Shown piece after piece: positions 43,720 through 53,583 of a stretch of 64,000 nt of DNA (positions within the stretch are counted from its first letter, which is position 1; each line of letters begins with the position of its first letter). Below the pieces are notes generated by a model. It ran no database searches and was not told the DNA's origin. It saw only the letters and a program-made list of their open reading frames with translations. This stretch comes from Tannerella sp. (GTDB taxonomy: Bacteria > Bacteroidota > Bacteroidia > Bacteroidales > Tannerellaceae). A program made the translations under genes and the position numbers. The stretch covers positions 21,948 to 85,947 of the forward strand of contig NZ_JBQNAZ010000007.1 of NCBI RefSeq assembly GCF_052170195.1, given 5' to 3'.

Positions 43720-44691
43720 ATGGGCTTTTTTGAGTTTTTCAGCAAGGAGAAGAAAGAGACATTAGATAAAGGATTATCCAAAACGAAGGAAAGTGTCTTT
43801 TCGAAAATCACCAAGGCTATCGTCGGGAAGAGTAAAGTAGATGACTCGGTGTTGGATGAGTTGGAAGAAGTATTGATTACGTCGGACGTAGGAGTCAGCA
43901 CCACCCTGAAAATCATCGAACGTATCGAGAAACGTGCTGCAAAAGACAAATATATATCTACAAGCGAATTAACGACGATTTTACGCGAGGAAATCGCTAC
44001 TTTGCTCACGGAGAATAAAACGGAAGATATGGAAGATTTCTTCGTTCCCGAAGGCAAGAAACCTTATGTCATCATGGTGGTTGGTGTCAATGGAGTCGGA
44101 AAGACTACGACGATCGGCAAGTTGGCATATCAGTTTAAAAAGCGGGGAAAGAAGGTCTATCTGGGTGCGGCCGACACGTTTCGGGCGGCCGCTGTGGAAC
44201 AGTTGGTGATCTGGAGTGAGCGCGTGGGTGTGCCGATCGTCAAGCAGAAGATGGGATCCGATCCGGCTTCGGTTGCTTTCGATACGCTTAATTCGGCACA
44301 GGCGAACGATGCCGACGTGGTGATCATCGATACGGCCGGCCGTTTGCATAATAAAATCAACCTGATGAACGAGTTGACGAAGATTAAGAACGTCATGAAG
44401 AAAGTCGTGCCCGATGCTCCGGACGAGGTGCTGCTGGTACTCGACGGTTCGACGGGACAAAACGCTTTCGAGCAGGCCAAACAGTTTACGGCTGCGACCG
44501 AAGTTAATGCGTTGGCCGTCACGAAGCTGGATGGAACGGCCAAGGGCGGTGTCGTGATCAGTATTTCCGATCATTTCCAGATTCCCGTCAAATATATCGG
44601 TTTGGGCGAAGGCATGGAAGATTTGCAAATATTTAACCGGAAAGCATTTGTAGATTCACTGTTCGGAGAACATGAGAAAAAACAAGGTTGA
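43720..44691 (+). CDS. ftsY: signal recognition particle receptor FtsY
   Basis: NG domain: VGVNGVGKTTTIGKLA, DTAGRL, TKLDGTAKGG. Confidence 0.95.
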   Translation: MGFFEFFSKEKKETLDKGLSKTKESVFSKITKAIVGKSKVDDSVLDELEEVLITSDVGVSTTLKIIERIEKRAAKDKYISTSELTTILREEIATLLTENKTEDMEDFFVPEGKKPYVIMVVGVNGVGKTTTIGKLAYQFKKRGKKVYLGAADTFRAAAVEQLVIWSERVGVPIVKQKMGSDPASVAFDTLNSAQANDADVVIIDTAGRLHNKINLMNELTKIKNVMKKVVPDAPDEVLLVLDGSTGQNAFEQAKQFTAATEVNALAVTKLDGTAKGGVVISISDHFQIPVKYIGLGEGMEDLQIFNRKAFVDSLFGEHEKKQG

Positions 44692-45967
44692 CATCATCAC
44701 ATTGGGCTGTTCGAAGAATCTGGTTGATTCCGAGCAGTTGATGCGTCAGTTTCAGCTGAACGGATATACCGTTACGCATGACGCGGAAAAGGTGAATGGT
44801 GAATTTGTCGTTGTTAACACATGCGCTTTTATCGGTGATGCACAGGAAGAATCCATTAACCTTATCTTGGCATTAGGCGAAGAAAAAAACAGAGGCCGCA
44901 TCGGCAAACTTTTTGTGATGGGTTGTCTTTCGGAACGTTTTCTGAAAGAGCTGAAAACAGAACTTCCTTTTGTCGACCGTTTTTACGGAAAGTTCAACTG
45001 GAAAGAGCTGTTGAACGACATCGGAAAGGCTTATCATCCGGAATCATCTACCGATCGTGTCGTGACCACCCCCAAACATTATGCTTATCTGAAAATTGCC
45101 GAAGGGTGTAACCGTACGTGTTCTTACTGTTCTATTCCGATTATTACCGGAAAGTACCAGTCACGTCTGATGGAGGAAATCGTCGAGGAAGCACGGCTGT
45201 TGACTCGGAAAGGAGTCAAAGAAATTCAGCTTATTGCGCAAGACTTAACATATTACGGGCTTGATGTGTACCGTAAGGCCGTTCTTCCCGAATTAGTCGA
45301 GCGCTTGTCGGATATTCCCGGTATCGAATGGATACGGCTTCATTACGGCTACCCGTCACAATTTCCGCATGACTTGCTACGGGTTATGCGCGAACGTGAA
45401 AATGTTTGTAAATATCTCGATATTGCTTTGCAACACATCAGCGATCCGATACTGAAACGGATGCGTCGCCGAATAACCAAGCAGGAAACTTACGAATTAA
45501 TCGACCGTATCCGTGAAGAAGTGCCCGGCATTCATCTGCGAACGACTTTCATGGTCGGTTATCCCGGCGAAACGGATGAAGATTTTGCCGAATTAATGCA
45601 GTTTGCCAAAGACGCCCGTTTCGAGCGCATGGGCGCCTTTGCATACAGCCACGAAGTAGGAACGTATTCGTACAAAAATCATCGGGATGATGTGGAGGAA
45701 GAAGTAAAGCAACAACGTTTGGATACGTTGATGCGGTTGCAGCAGAAAATATCGACGGAAGTGCAGAATGAGAAAGTGGGCAAGGTCTTTAAGGTCGTAC
45801 TCGACAGGGAAGAAGACTTTTACATCGGCCGTACGGAGTATGATTCGCCGGAAGTTGACCCTGAAGTGCTCGTCAGTAAAGAACAAAACCTGCAGTTGGG
45901 AAAGTTTTATGCTGTGCGGATAGAATCGTCGGAAGCGTTTGAGTTGTATGGGAAGATTGTTGGATAA
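44672..45967 (+). CDS. rimO: ribosomal protein S12 methylthiotransferase RimO
   Basis: UPF0004 N-domain (ITLGCSKNLVDSE), radical-SAM CNRTCSYCSIP and a C-terminal TRAM domain. 20-nt overlap with ftsY. Confidence 0.93.
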   Translation: MRKNKVDIITLGCSKNLVDSEQLMRQFQLNGYTVTHDAEKVNGEFVVVNTCAFIGDAQEESINLILALGEEKNRGRIGKLFVMGCLSERFLKELKTELPFVDRFYGKFNWKELLNDIGKAYHPESSTDRVVTTPKHYAYLKIAEGCNRTCSYCSIPIITGKYQSRLMEEIVEEARLLTRKGVKEIQLIAQDLTYYGLDVYRKAVLPELVERLSDIPGIEWIRLHYGYPSQFPHDLLRVMRERENVCKYLDIALQHISDPILKRMRRRITKQETYELIDRIREEVPGIHLRTTFMVGYPGETDEDFAELMQFAKDARFERMGAFAYSHEVGTYSYKNHRDDVEEEVKQQRLDTLMRLQQKISTEVQNEKVGKVFKVVLDREEDFYIGRTEYDSPEVDPEVLVSKEQNLQLGKFYAVRIESSEAFELYGKIVG

Positions 45968-46047
45968 GATTAGAAATGTTAATTTTTTTATTAAATAATA
46001 CAGAAACGGTCAATATATAGATGTCTAAAAAATAATAACGGTTGCGT

Positions 46048-46338
46048 ATGAAAAATATAGAATTGATCAGTGAATTATCGAACCGACTTCGTTGGGAGCA
46101 GGAAGAGACAGAACGAATGCTGGATGCTTTCTGTGAGGTCTTAGGTGATAAACTTGCAAGTAACGATATCGTCAGTTTGCATGGATTGGGACAGTTCGAA
46201 GCGAAGAAAAAAGACGAACGCTTTTTAGCCAATCCGAGCAACAGCAAACGTTATCTTATCCCTCCTAAACTCGTACCTGTTTTTAAACCGGTTGCAACAT
46301 TAAAGTCGTATTTAAAAACATTAGACAGCCATGGATGA
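46048..46338 (+). CDS. HU/IHF-like DNA-binding protein (divergent paralogue)
   Basis: MKNIELISELSNRL...LHGLGQFEAKKKDERFLANPSNSKRYLIPPKLVPVFKP has the HU-fold pattern. Confidence 0.75.
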   Translation: MKNIELISELSNRLRWEQEETERMLDAFCEVLGDKLASNDIVSLHGLGQFEAKKKDERFLANPSNSKRYLIPPKLVPVFKPVATLKSYLKTLDSHG

Positions 46339-47716
46339 AAAATTATCGATCTACGATATCTCCGAAATCCTGACGGCAAAGACCGGCAGAGAGAAGGCAG
46401 ACATTGAGACGTTTGTTGAAACGTTGATTGCGGTAATCAACGAGGCAATTACCCGCAACGGGTTTGTAAGAATAAAAGGAATCGGCAGTTTTAAAGTGAT
46501 TCTGGTTAAAGAACGTGAGAGCGTACATGTCAATACCGGCGAACGGATTGTCATTCCGGCGCATCACAAGCTGTCTTTCCTCCCCGATAAAATACTCAAA
46601 GAAAAGATTAATCGACCGTTTGCTTTTTTCGAAGCCATCGAAGCCAATGAAACGGAGAACAGTGAAATGGACTCAGCCCGTCTCTCCAAAGATGACGAAG
46701 AGGATGAAAACGATGAGCTCATGACCGCGGAAGAACCGGTTCAGGAGCTTGTCGGAGAAGTTACGGAAACAACAGAAGATGTAGCTCCGAAACCCGAAGA
46801 AAATCCGGCCCCGCTTTCAGTACTTCCTTCTGAAGATGAAACAAAAGAAGAACAGAAAACTATGGATAAAGAAATCGACGAAGAATCCGACCGGGAATGG
46901 TCGGAAGAGCGTGCAATCGGGAGCCATCCCGCCTCTGCCACGAACAGGGAAACATTACAAAGTACAATACCCATAAAACAAGAAGCCATGAATGAAGCAA
47001 AAGAACGTAAAGAGCAGCATGTGAACGAAACACCGAAATCTCATCCGGTCGCCAAGCCCGTTGTGAAGAAAAAGAAAAAAGAAACGTCGAATACCTCGCT
47101 GTATGTTATTCTGGCGTTGTTATTGTTGCTGTTAGGGGTGGGAATATTCTATTATTTCTACTATGATCGTTTATCGTACGAGGAGTTTAACAGCACAACA
47201 CAGCATACACAGACGACGGATGATTCGTTTCTTTTGCCCGGCGACTCCGCCGCGGTGCAAGAGTCAGAAAAAAGCGAAAACGTCGATACGTCCGGAGTGA
47301 CTGCTTCCGGAACGAACGAAAGTACCGCAACATCGCCGGTCGCTTCAACTTCGTCTACGCGGAAAGAGCAAACAGCTTCTACAGCATCGACATCATCCAA
47401 GAAAACAACTCCTCAACAGACGAAGCCAACAACAGGCACTTCCACCTCGTCGGATCATAACGTTATGGCACGTGTGAAAGTAGCATCGGGTGAGCGGTTA
47501 ACGTTGCTTGCGCAAAAATATTACGGGAATAAAGTCTTCTGGGTCTATATCTATGATTTCAACAAGGCCAAAATTTCCGACCCCGATCGCGTACCTGCGG
47601 GAATGGAAATTCTGATTCCGGCCAAAGAAGTATATGCGATTAATGCCCAAAGCAGCGCCTCCATTGCACAGGCAAAAGAATTACAGTCGAAGATCATGGC
47701 GAACAAGACAAAATAA
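46331..47716 (+). CDS. HU-like domain - acidic/ST-rich linker - TM helix - C-terminal LysM domain fusion protein
   Basis: N-terminus ...IKGIGSFKVILVKERESVHVNTGERIVIPAHHKLSFLP (HU fold), KKKKKETSNTS followed by the TM segment LYVILALLLLLLGVGIFYYFYY, and C-terminus VKVASGERLTLLAQKYYGNKVFWVYIYDFNK...VPAGMEILIP (LysM). 8-nt overlap with the upstream HU gene. Confidence 0.75.
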   Translation: MDEKLSIYDISEILTAKTGREKADIETFVETLIAVINEAITRNGFVRIKGIGSFKVILVKERESVHVNTGERIVIPAHHKLSFLPDKILKEKINRPFAFFEAIEANETENSEMDSARLSKDDEEDENDELMTAEEPVQELVGEVTETTEDVAPKPEENPAPLSVLPSEDETKEEQKTMDKEIDEESDREWSEERAIGSHPASATNRETLQSTIPIKQEAMNEAKERKEQHVNETPKSHPVAKPVVKKKKKETSNTSLYVILALLLLLLGVGIFYYFYYDRLSYEEFNSTTQHTQTTDDSFLLPGDSAAVQESEKSENVDTSGVTASGTNESTATSPVASTSSTRKEQTASTASTSSKKTTPQQTKPTTGTSTSSDHNVMARVKVASGERLTLLAQKYYGNKVFWVYIYDFNKAKISDPDRVPAGMEILIPAKEVYAINAQSSASIAQAKELQSKIMANKTK

Positions 47717-47809
47717 TCTTTTTAAAAATAAACAAATTAGAGCGTGAAAGCCCATTGTGTGATTAGTATTATTTAACGGCAAAACTTTAATATACCAACC
47801 TGAATTTTC

Positions 47810-47817
47810 TATTTTTG
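47810..47817 (+). promoter_or_regulatory. -7 box (TATTTTTG) upstream of moxR
   Basis: TAttTTTG lies 53 nt upstream of ATG 47870. Confidence 0.45.
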
Positions 47818-47869
47818 TGCGTTCAAAAATGAACATACAGAGATCAGAATTATATAATATATTTAATCT

Positions 47870-48865
47870 ATGGATCAAACAGTAGATATTCGAGAATTGA
47901 ACGAACGGATTGAAAATAACAGTTCGTTCGTAAACATGATTACTATGGGAATGAATCAGGTCATCGTCGGTCAAAAGCATTTGATCGAATCGTTGTTGAT
48001 CGGACTCCTTTCCGATGGACACATCTTGCTGGAAGGTGTTCCGGGACTTGCTAAAACACTGGCAATTAAAACACTTTCTTCACTAATCGACGCCAAATAC
48101 AGTCGTATTCAGTTTACACCGGATTTGTTGCCGGCCGACGTGATCGGGACGATGATATACAGTCAGAAAAGTGAAGAATTTCTCGTCAAGCAAGGACCTG
48201 TATTCGCCAACTTCGTATTGGCAGACGAAATCAACCGTGCTCCCGCCAAGGTGCAGAGTGCGTTGCTCGAAGCCATGCAGGAGCGTCAGGTGACTATCGG
48301 CGAATCGACCTATAAGCTTCCGGAACCGTTTCTCGTAATGGCTACGCAAAATCCGATCGAACAGGAAGGTACGTATCCGCTTCCCGAAGCACAAGTCGAT
48401 CGTTTCATGCTGAAAGTGGTGATCAACTATCCGAAGAAAGAGGAAGAAAAAATGGTGATCCGTCAGAATATCTCGGGTAAAAAGCCGGATATTAAGCCGG
48501 TACTCGATACCCGACAGATTATTGAGGCGCGTAACATCGTGCGCGAGGTGTATCTGGACGAAAAGATTGAACGTTATATTGTCGATATTGTTTTCGCAAC
48601 CCGCTTCCCTGCCGAATATAATCTGGCTAATCTTAAATCAATGATTGCATTTGCGGCTTCACCCCGTGCTTCGATCAATCTGGCGTTGGCCGCACGCGCG
48701 TATGCCTTTATCAAACGTCGCGGCTATGTGATTCCCGAAGACGTACGCGCCGTATGTCATGATGTGATGCGTCACCGCATCGGTCTCAGCTATGAGGCGG
48801 AGGCTAACAACCTCACATCGGAAGAGATTATCAGTGAAATTCTGAATAAAGTCGAAGTGCCCTGA
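47870..48865 (+). CDS. moxR: MoxR-family AAA+ ATPase
   Basis: LLEGVPGLAKT (Walker A), FVLADEINRA (Walker B), VMATQNPIEQEGTYPLPEAQVDRF. Confidence 0.92.
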   Translation: MDQTVDIRELNERIENNSSFVNMITMGMNQVIVGQKHLIESLLIGLLSDGHILLEGVPGLAKTLAIKTLSSLIDAKYSRIQFTPDLLPADVIGTMIYSQKSEEFLVKQGPVFANFVLADEINRAPAKVQSALLEAMQERQVTIGESTYKLPEPFLVMATQNPIEQEGTYPLPEAQVDRFMLKVVINYPKKEEEKMVIRQNISGKKPDIKPVLDTRQIIEARNIVREVYLDEKIERYIVDIVFATRFPAEYNLANLKSMIAFAASPRASINLALAARAYAFIKRRGYVIPEDVRAVCHDVMRHRIGLSYEAEANNLTSEEIISEILNKVEVP

Positions 48866-48894
48866 TGGTATTTTACCGGGCTTGATGGATATAA

Positions 48895-49764
48895 ATGGAG
48901 ACAAGCGAACTTTTAAAGAAAGTCAGGCAGATAGAAATTAAGACACGCGGACTGTCGCGTAACATCTTCGCAGGTCAGTATCATTCGGCATTCAAAGGTC
49001 GGGGTATGGCTTTCAGTGAAGTACGCGAATATCAGTTCGGTGATGATATTCGTGACATCGACTGGAACGTCACGGCGCGTTACATTCGTCCGTATGTGAA
49101 GGTTTTCGAGGAAGAACGCGAATTGACCGTGATGCTATTGATCGATGTATCCGGCAGCAAGGACTTCGGAACAGTAAGTCGGATGAAGAAAGAGGTTATC
49201 ACGGAAATTGCTGCTACACTGGCTTTTTCGGCAATTCAAAACAACGATAAAATCGGAGTCATCTTTTTTTCGGATCAGATCGAAAAATTTATACCGCCTC
49301 AAAAAGGGAAGCGGCATATCCTTTATATTATCCGCGAATTGATCGATTTTCAGCCGGATCATAAACAGACGGATCTTGGTCAAGCGCTCAAATACCTCAC
49401 GAATGCCATCAAAAAGCGGTGTACGGCATTCTTGATTTCCGATTTCATCGATAAGGGCAACTATCAGGATGCCTTGACGATTGCCAATCGCAAACATGAT
49501 GTTGTAGCCATTCAAGTGTACGATCATCGTGAGACGGAACTTCCGAATGTCGGACTCATGAAGATCAAGGATGCGGAAACTGGCAAGGAACGGTGGATAG
49601 ACAGCTCGTCAAAACAGGTGAGGGCACTGTATAAAACATGGTGGGAAGAGCGACAAAGTGATATGAACAAGGCATTTAATAAATGTCGGGTCGATGCCGT
49701 ATCGATTCGAACGGAAGATGATTATGTCAAAGCTTTAATCGCTCTTTTTGACAAACGAAACTAA
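48895..49764 (+). CDS. DUF58 domain-containing protein (VWA-like, MoxR partner)
   Basis: GQYHSAFKGRGMAFSEVREYQFGDDIRDIDWNVTAR is the DUF58 signature. It follows moxR. Confidence 0.85.
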   Translation: METSELLKKVRQIEIKTRGLSRNIFAGQYHSAFKGRGMAFSEVREYQFGDDIRDIDWNVTARYIRPYVKVFEEERELTVMLLIDVSGSKDFGTVSRMKKEVITEIAATLAFSAIQNNDKIGVIFFSDQIEKFIPPQKGKRHILYIIRELIDFQPDHKQTDLGQALKYLTNAIKKRCTAFLISDFIDKGNYQDALTIANRKHDVVAIQVYDHRETELPNVGLMKIKDAETGKERWIDSSSKQVRALYKTWWEERQSDMNKAFNKCRVDAVSIRTEDDYVKALIALFDKRN

Positions 49765-49770
49765 TCCAGC

Positions 49771-50805
49771 ATGAAATTGAGAAAAAATAAATTCCGGTTA
49801 TTATTGTTTGCTTTCACCATAGCATCGAGCATCGGGATACAGGCACAACAGACCTTGATTAGTGTCAAACTTGATACGGCCGATATCCTGATAGGAGAGC
49901 AAACAACATTGAACCTGACAATTACAACCGATAAAGACAGGCAAGTCATTTGTCCGATTCCGACAGATGTCTTAATGCCCGGAGTGGAAGTTTTATCCAC
50001 ATCGCCGGCAGATTCGACTGTTTTGGATAATCGATTGGTGATTAAGCAAAATATCCTGATTACATCGTTCGATTCGGCATTATATCTGTTACCGCCGTTG
50101 ATTGTGATTGATCAGGGGGACACGATTTCATCGAATCAGATCGCGTTAAAAGTATCGACGATACCGGTCGATACGGATAATCCCGAAGAGTTTTACGACA
50201 TCAAAGACGTATGGAAGCCTCCGTTTGTCTTAGCCGATTATTATCCGTGGATATTCGGTATTCTGTTCGGACTTTTTGCGATTTGTGTCATCGGTTATCT
50301 TGTTCAGCGATACAGAAACAGGAAAACGCTGATCCCGTTAAAAAAAGAAGAACCGAAACTCCCGCCGTACGAACAGGCTATTCAGGAATTGAATGAGATT
50401 AAAGGACAGAAATTGTGGCAACAAGGACTGAATAAAGAATACCATACTCTCGTGACGGATACTCTGCGTCGTTATATTTCGAGGCGTTATCAGGTCAATG
50501 CCATGGAAAAAACGTCGGAAGAAATCCTGCATATCATTGAGCAGGAGAATGATGCTCATTCTGTTTATGAGACTTTGAAACAAATTCTTCATTTGGCCGA
50601 TTTTGTAAAGTTTGCCAAGTTACATCCGTTGCCGGACGAGAACGACTTAAGTATGATGAATGCGTATCTGTTCGTTAATCAGACGAAACAGACCGAAGCG
50701 CCGAAACCGGAAGGAGAAAAGATATCCGGAGATCGGTCGTCGGACAATGGGATAGCGTCATCCCCAAAAACGATCGAAGTAACCCCTAACGAAGAAGAGC
50801 AATGA
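49771..50805 (+). CDS. hypothetical membrane protein of the Bat operon
   Basis: Signal peptide, a central TM (YYPWIFGILFGLFAICVIGYLV) and a position between DUF58 and batA, as in the Bacteroides aerotolerance operon. Confidence 0.6.
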   Translation: MKLRKNKFRLLLFAFTIASSIGIQAQQTLISVKLDTADILIGEQTTLNLTITTDKDRQVICPIPTDVLMPGVEVLSTSPADSTVLDNRLVIKQNILITSFDSALYLLPPLIVIDQGDTISSNQIALKVSTIPVDTDNPEEFYDIKDVWKPPFVLADYYPWIFGILFGLFAICVIGYLVQRYRNRKTLIPLKKEEPKLPPYEQAIQELNEIKGQKLWQQGLNKEYHTLVTDTLRRYISRRYQVNAMEKTSEEILHIIEQENDAHSVYETLKQILHLADFVKFAKLHPLPDENDLSMMNAYLFVNQTKQTEAPKPEGEKISGDRSSDNGIASSPKTIEVTPNEEEQ

Positions 50806-51791
50806 TATTCGCAAATCCATCATACATCTATTTATTGTTACTGCTGATTCCTCTAATCGGCTGGTATTTCTGGAAGATGCGTAAGAGTCAGGCCAGCGTG
50901 AAGATGTCGTCTTCGCAGGCTTTCGATGTGCCCAAGGCGGTGACAGCCAAAGTCTATTTGAGACATGTACCGTTCGTGTTACGCATGATTGCCATAGCCC
51001 TTGTTATCATCATCTTGGCTCGTCCGCAGTCGACCAACAGCTGGCAGAACTCATCGACCGAAGGGATTGATATCATGATGGCCATTGATATTTCCAGTAG
51101 TATGCTGGCGCAAGATTTGCGACCGAATCGTCTAGAAGCAGCTAAGAATGTGGCAGCTGCTTTTATCAATGGACGACCGAACGATAACATAGGCCTCGTC
51201 GTTTTCTCGGCCGAGAGCTTTACGCAGTGTCCACTCACTACTGATCATGCTATTTTGCTGAATCTCTTCAAAGATATTCAAAGCGGGATGATTGAGGACG
51301 GAACGGCCATTGGTTTGGGCCTTGCCAATGCTGTCAGCCGTATCAAAGACAGCCAGGCCAGATCGAAAGTCATTATTTTGCTGACCGACGGTTCCAATAA
51401 TCGCGGTGAGATAGCTCCGGTAACAGCTGCCGAGATAGCCAAAACATTCGGCATCCGGGTGTATACCATTGGTGTAGGTACAAAAGGAGCGGCGCCGTAC
51501 CCATTCCGTCTGCCGGGAGGAACGGTTCAGACGCAGATGATCCCTGTGGATATCGATGAGCCTACCTTAAAACAAATTGCAACAACGACCGGCGGACAAT
51601 ATTTCAGAGCCACCGACAATGCCAGTCTGAAGGAGATTTATTCCGAGATTGATCAAATGGAGAAAACCAAAATCAATGTACGGGAATACAGTAAAAAACA
51701 GGAAGAATATAAAAATATTGCCCTGATTTTATTTGCTTTGCTGCTGTTGGAACTTCTCCTGAAGCATACATTATTAAAGAAGATACCATAA
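50802..51791 (+). CDS. batA: VWA domain-containing aerotolerance protein BatA
   Basis: N-terminal TMs, VWA MIDAS (IMMAIDISSSM) and a C-terminal TM. ATGA overlap with the upstream gene. Confidence 0.85.
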   Translation: MIFANPSYIYLLLLLIPLIGWYFWKMRKSQASVKMSSSQAFDVPKAVTAKVYLRHVPFVLRMIAIALVIIILARPQSTNSWQNSSTEGIDIMMAIDISSSMLAQDLRPNRLEAAKNVAAAFINGRPNDNIGLVVFSAESFTQCPLTTDHAILLNLFKDIQSGMIEDGTAIGLGLANAVSRIKDSQARSKVIILLTDGSNNRGEIAPVTAAEIAKTFGIRVYTIGVGTKGAAPYPFRLPGGTVQTQMIPVDIDEPTLKQIATTTGGQYFRATDNASLKEIYSEIDQMEKTKINVREYSKKQEEYKNIALILFALLLLELLLKHTLLKKIP

Positions 51792-51806
51792 GGAAGAAAG
51801 TTGATT

Positions 51807-52826
51807 ATGTTTCGTTTTGCTCATCCTATTTACCTATATTTGTTGGCAATACTTCCCGTATTGACCATATTCTATCTCTATGTGGTGATTACCGGAAAGA
51901 GGGCCATCAAGCGCTTCGGCGATCCTATGCTCGTCTTACAATTGACACCGGAAGTATCACGTAAACGGGAACGATTGAAATTCTGGCTGTTATTCATGTC
52001 TATAGCCGTGACGATTTTTATGATTGCCGGCCCGCAGTTCGGCTCTAAGCTGGAAACCGTCAAAAGGCAAGGGGTAGAAATCATGATATGTCTGGATGTC
52101 TCTAATTCGATGATGGCCGAAGATATTCAACCGAATCGTCTGGAAAAAGCCAAACAAATGCTTTCGAGGATGACCGACAGTTTTACCGACGACAAGGTCG
52201 GTCTGATTGTCTTCGCCGGCGATGCTTTTACACAGTTACCGATTACTTCAGATTATATCTCGGCCAAGATGTTTATGTCGTCCATTACTCCTTCGATGAT
52301 TTCCACGCAAGGAACAGCCATCGGAGCCGCGATAAATCTGGCGATGCGTTCATTCACACCAAACGAAAATTCCGGAAAAACGATCATGTTGATTACGGAT
52401 GGTGAAAATCATGAAGATGACCCGGTAAAAGCGGCCGCCGCTGCAGCCGAGAAAGGAGTGAACGTGAATATTGTAGGTATCGGGCTTCCCAAAGGTGCAC
52501 CGATACCTCTTGACAATGGGAATGATTATATGCGAGACGGCAATGGAAATATTGTCATCACGCAATTGAACGAGCAGATGTGTCAGGAAATTGCTGCGGC
52601 CGGCAAAGGAATCTATGTTCGTGCAGACAACACCAACTCGGCTCTCCGCGCGCTACAGTCCGAAATTAATAAGATGGATAAAGCAGAGCTGGAAAGTAAA
52701 GTGTATTCGGAATATGATGAACGGTTCCAGACATTGGCATGGATTGTTTTGATCTTGTTGATTCTCGAGTATCTGATTCTGGAACGAAAAAATCGGATAT
52801 TCCGAAAAATAAAATTATTTTCTTAA
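51807..52826 (+). CDS. batB: VWA domain-containing aerotolerance protein BatB
   Basis: VWA MIDAS (IMICLDVSNSM), TM segments at both ends. ATG 51807 is preferred over TTG 51801. Confidence 0.85.
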   Translation: MFRFAHPIYLYLLAILPVLTIFYLYVVITGKRAIKRFGDPMLVLQLTPEVSRKRERLKFWLLFMSIAVTIFMIAGPQFGSKLETVKRQGVEIMICLDVSNSMMAEDIQPNRLEKAKQMLSRMTDSFTDDKVGLIVFAGDAFTQLPITSDYISAKMFMSSITPSMISTQGTAIGAAINLAMRSFTPNENSGKTIMLITDGENHEDDPVKAAAAAAEKGVNVNIVGIGLPKGAPIPLDNGNDYMRDGNGNIVITQLNEQMCQEIAAAGKGIYVRADNTNSALRALQSEINKMDKAELESKVYSEYDERFQTLAWIVLILLILEYLILERKNRIFRKIKLFS

Positions 52827-52836
52827 TAAAATAGGA

Positions 52837-53583
52837 ATGAAAGCAATATATCTGATATTCATAAGTATGACAACCGCATTCTGTTGTACGAACGGCATGT
52901 TTGCACAGAAGGCGGAACGATCGCATATCCGAAAAGGGAACAAACTATACAAAGAAGAGAAATATACCGAATCGGAGATTGCTTACCGACAGAGCATCGA
53001 AGTGAATCCGCGCTCTGTCGAAGGCTCATACAATCTGGGTAATGCCTTGTACAAACAGGAGAAATATCCGGAAGCAGCCGAACAATACCAACAAATCGCC
53101 GGTCAGCGAGAGCGTCTGCTGACTGAAAATCCGGCCAATGCCCAACGATTAGCGGAAGTTTTTCACAACCTCGGGAATATTCAGATGAAGAACAAGGATT
53201 ATGCCAAAAGTATCGAGGCTTATAAACAGTCATTGAGGATGAATCCGAAAGACGAAGAGACACGGTATAACTTAGCTTTGGCTCAAAAGCTACTGAATGA
53301 TCAGCAGCAACAAAATCAAGACCAGCAGAATCAGAATCAGGATCAGCAACAGCAAGAACAGAAGGAGCAAAAACAAGAGCAGAATCAGGATCAGCAACAG
53401 CAGCAGAATGAGCAGAAAGAAAATAAGACACAAGAACAGAAGCAGGAGAATGAACAAATGAGCAGAGACAATGCACAACAGATTCTCGATGCTTTCCTGC
53501 AGGACGAAAAAGACACACAGGAGAAAGTTAAAAAGGCTCAGGCCAAACATCAAGAACGTCGTAAAACAGATAAACAATGGTAA
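52837..53583 (+). CDS. batC: TPR protein BatC with Gln-rich C-terminal region
   Basis: TPR repeats (YNLGNALYKQEKYPEAAEQY...) followed by a QQQQNQDQQNQNQDQQQQEQKEQ... low-complexity stretch. Confidence 0.75.
   Translation: MKAIYLIFISMTTAFCCTNGMFAQKAERSHIRKGNKLYKEEKYTESEIAYRQSIEVNPRSVEGSYNLGNALYKQEKYPEAAEQYQQIAGQRERLLTENPANAQRLAEVFHNLGNIQMKNKDYAKSIEAYKQSLRMNPKDEETRYNLALAQKLLNDQQQQNQDQQNQNQDQQQQEQKEQKQEQNQDQQQQQNEQKENKTQEQKQENEQMSRDNAQQILDAFLQDEKDTQEKVKKAQAKHQERRKTDKQW

Noticed and set aside
46700-47460. Acidic and Ser/Thr-rich low-complexity DNA as a possible non-coding repeat region.
   Set aside because: It lies in frame within a single long ORF, flanked by recognisable HU and LysM domains and a TM helix. 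I interpret it as linker regions.
53290-53577. 95-aa Leu/Ile-rich minus-strand ORF that resembles a membrane protein.
   Set aside because: It is the antisense reading of the batC CAG/CAA-rich Gln tract (CTG/TTG codons), which makes it an artefact of the coding microsatellite.
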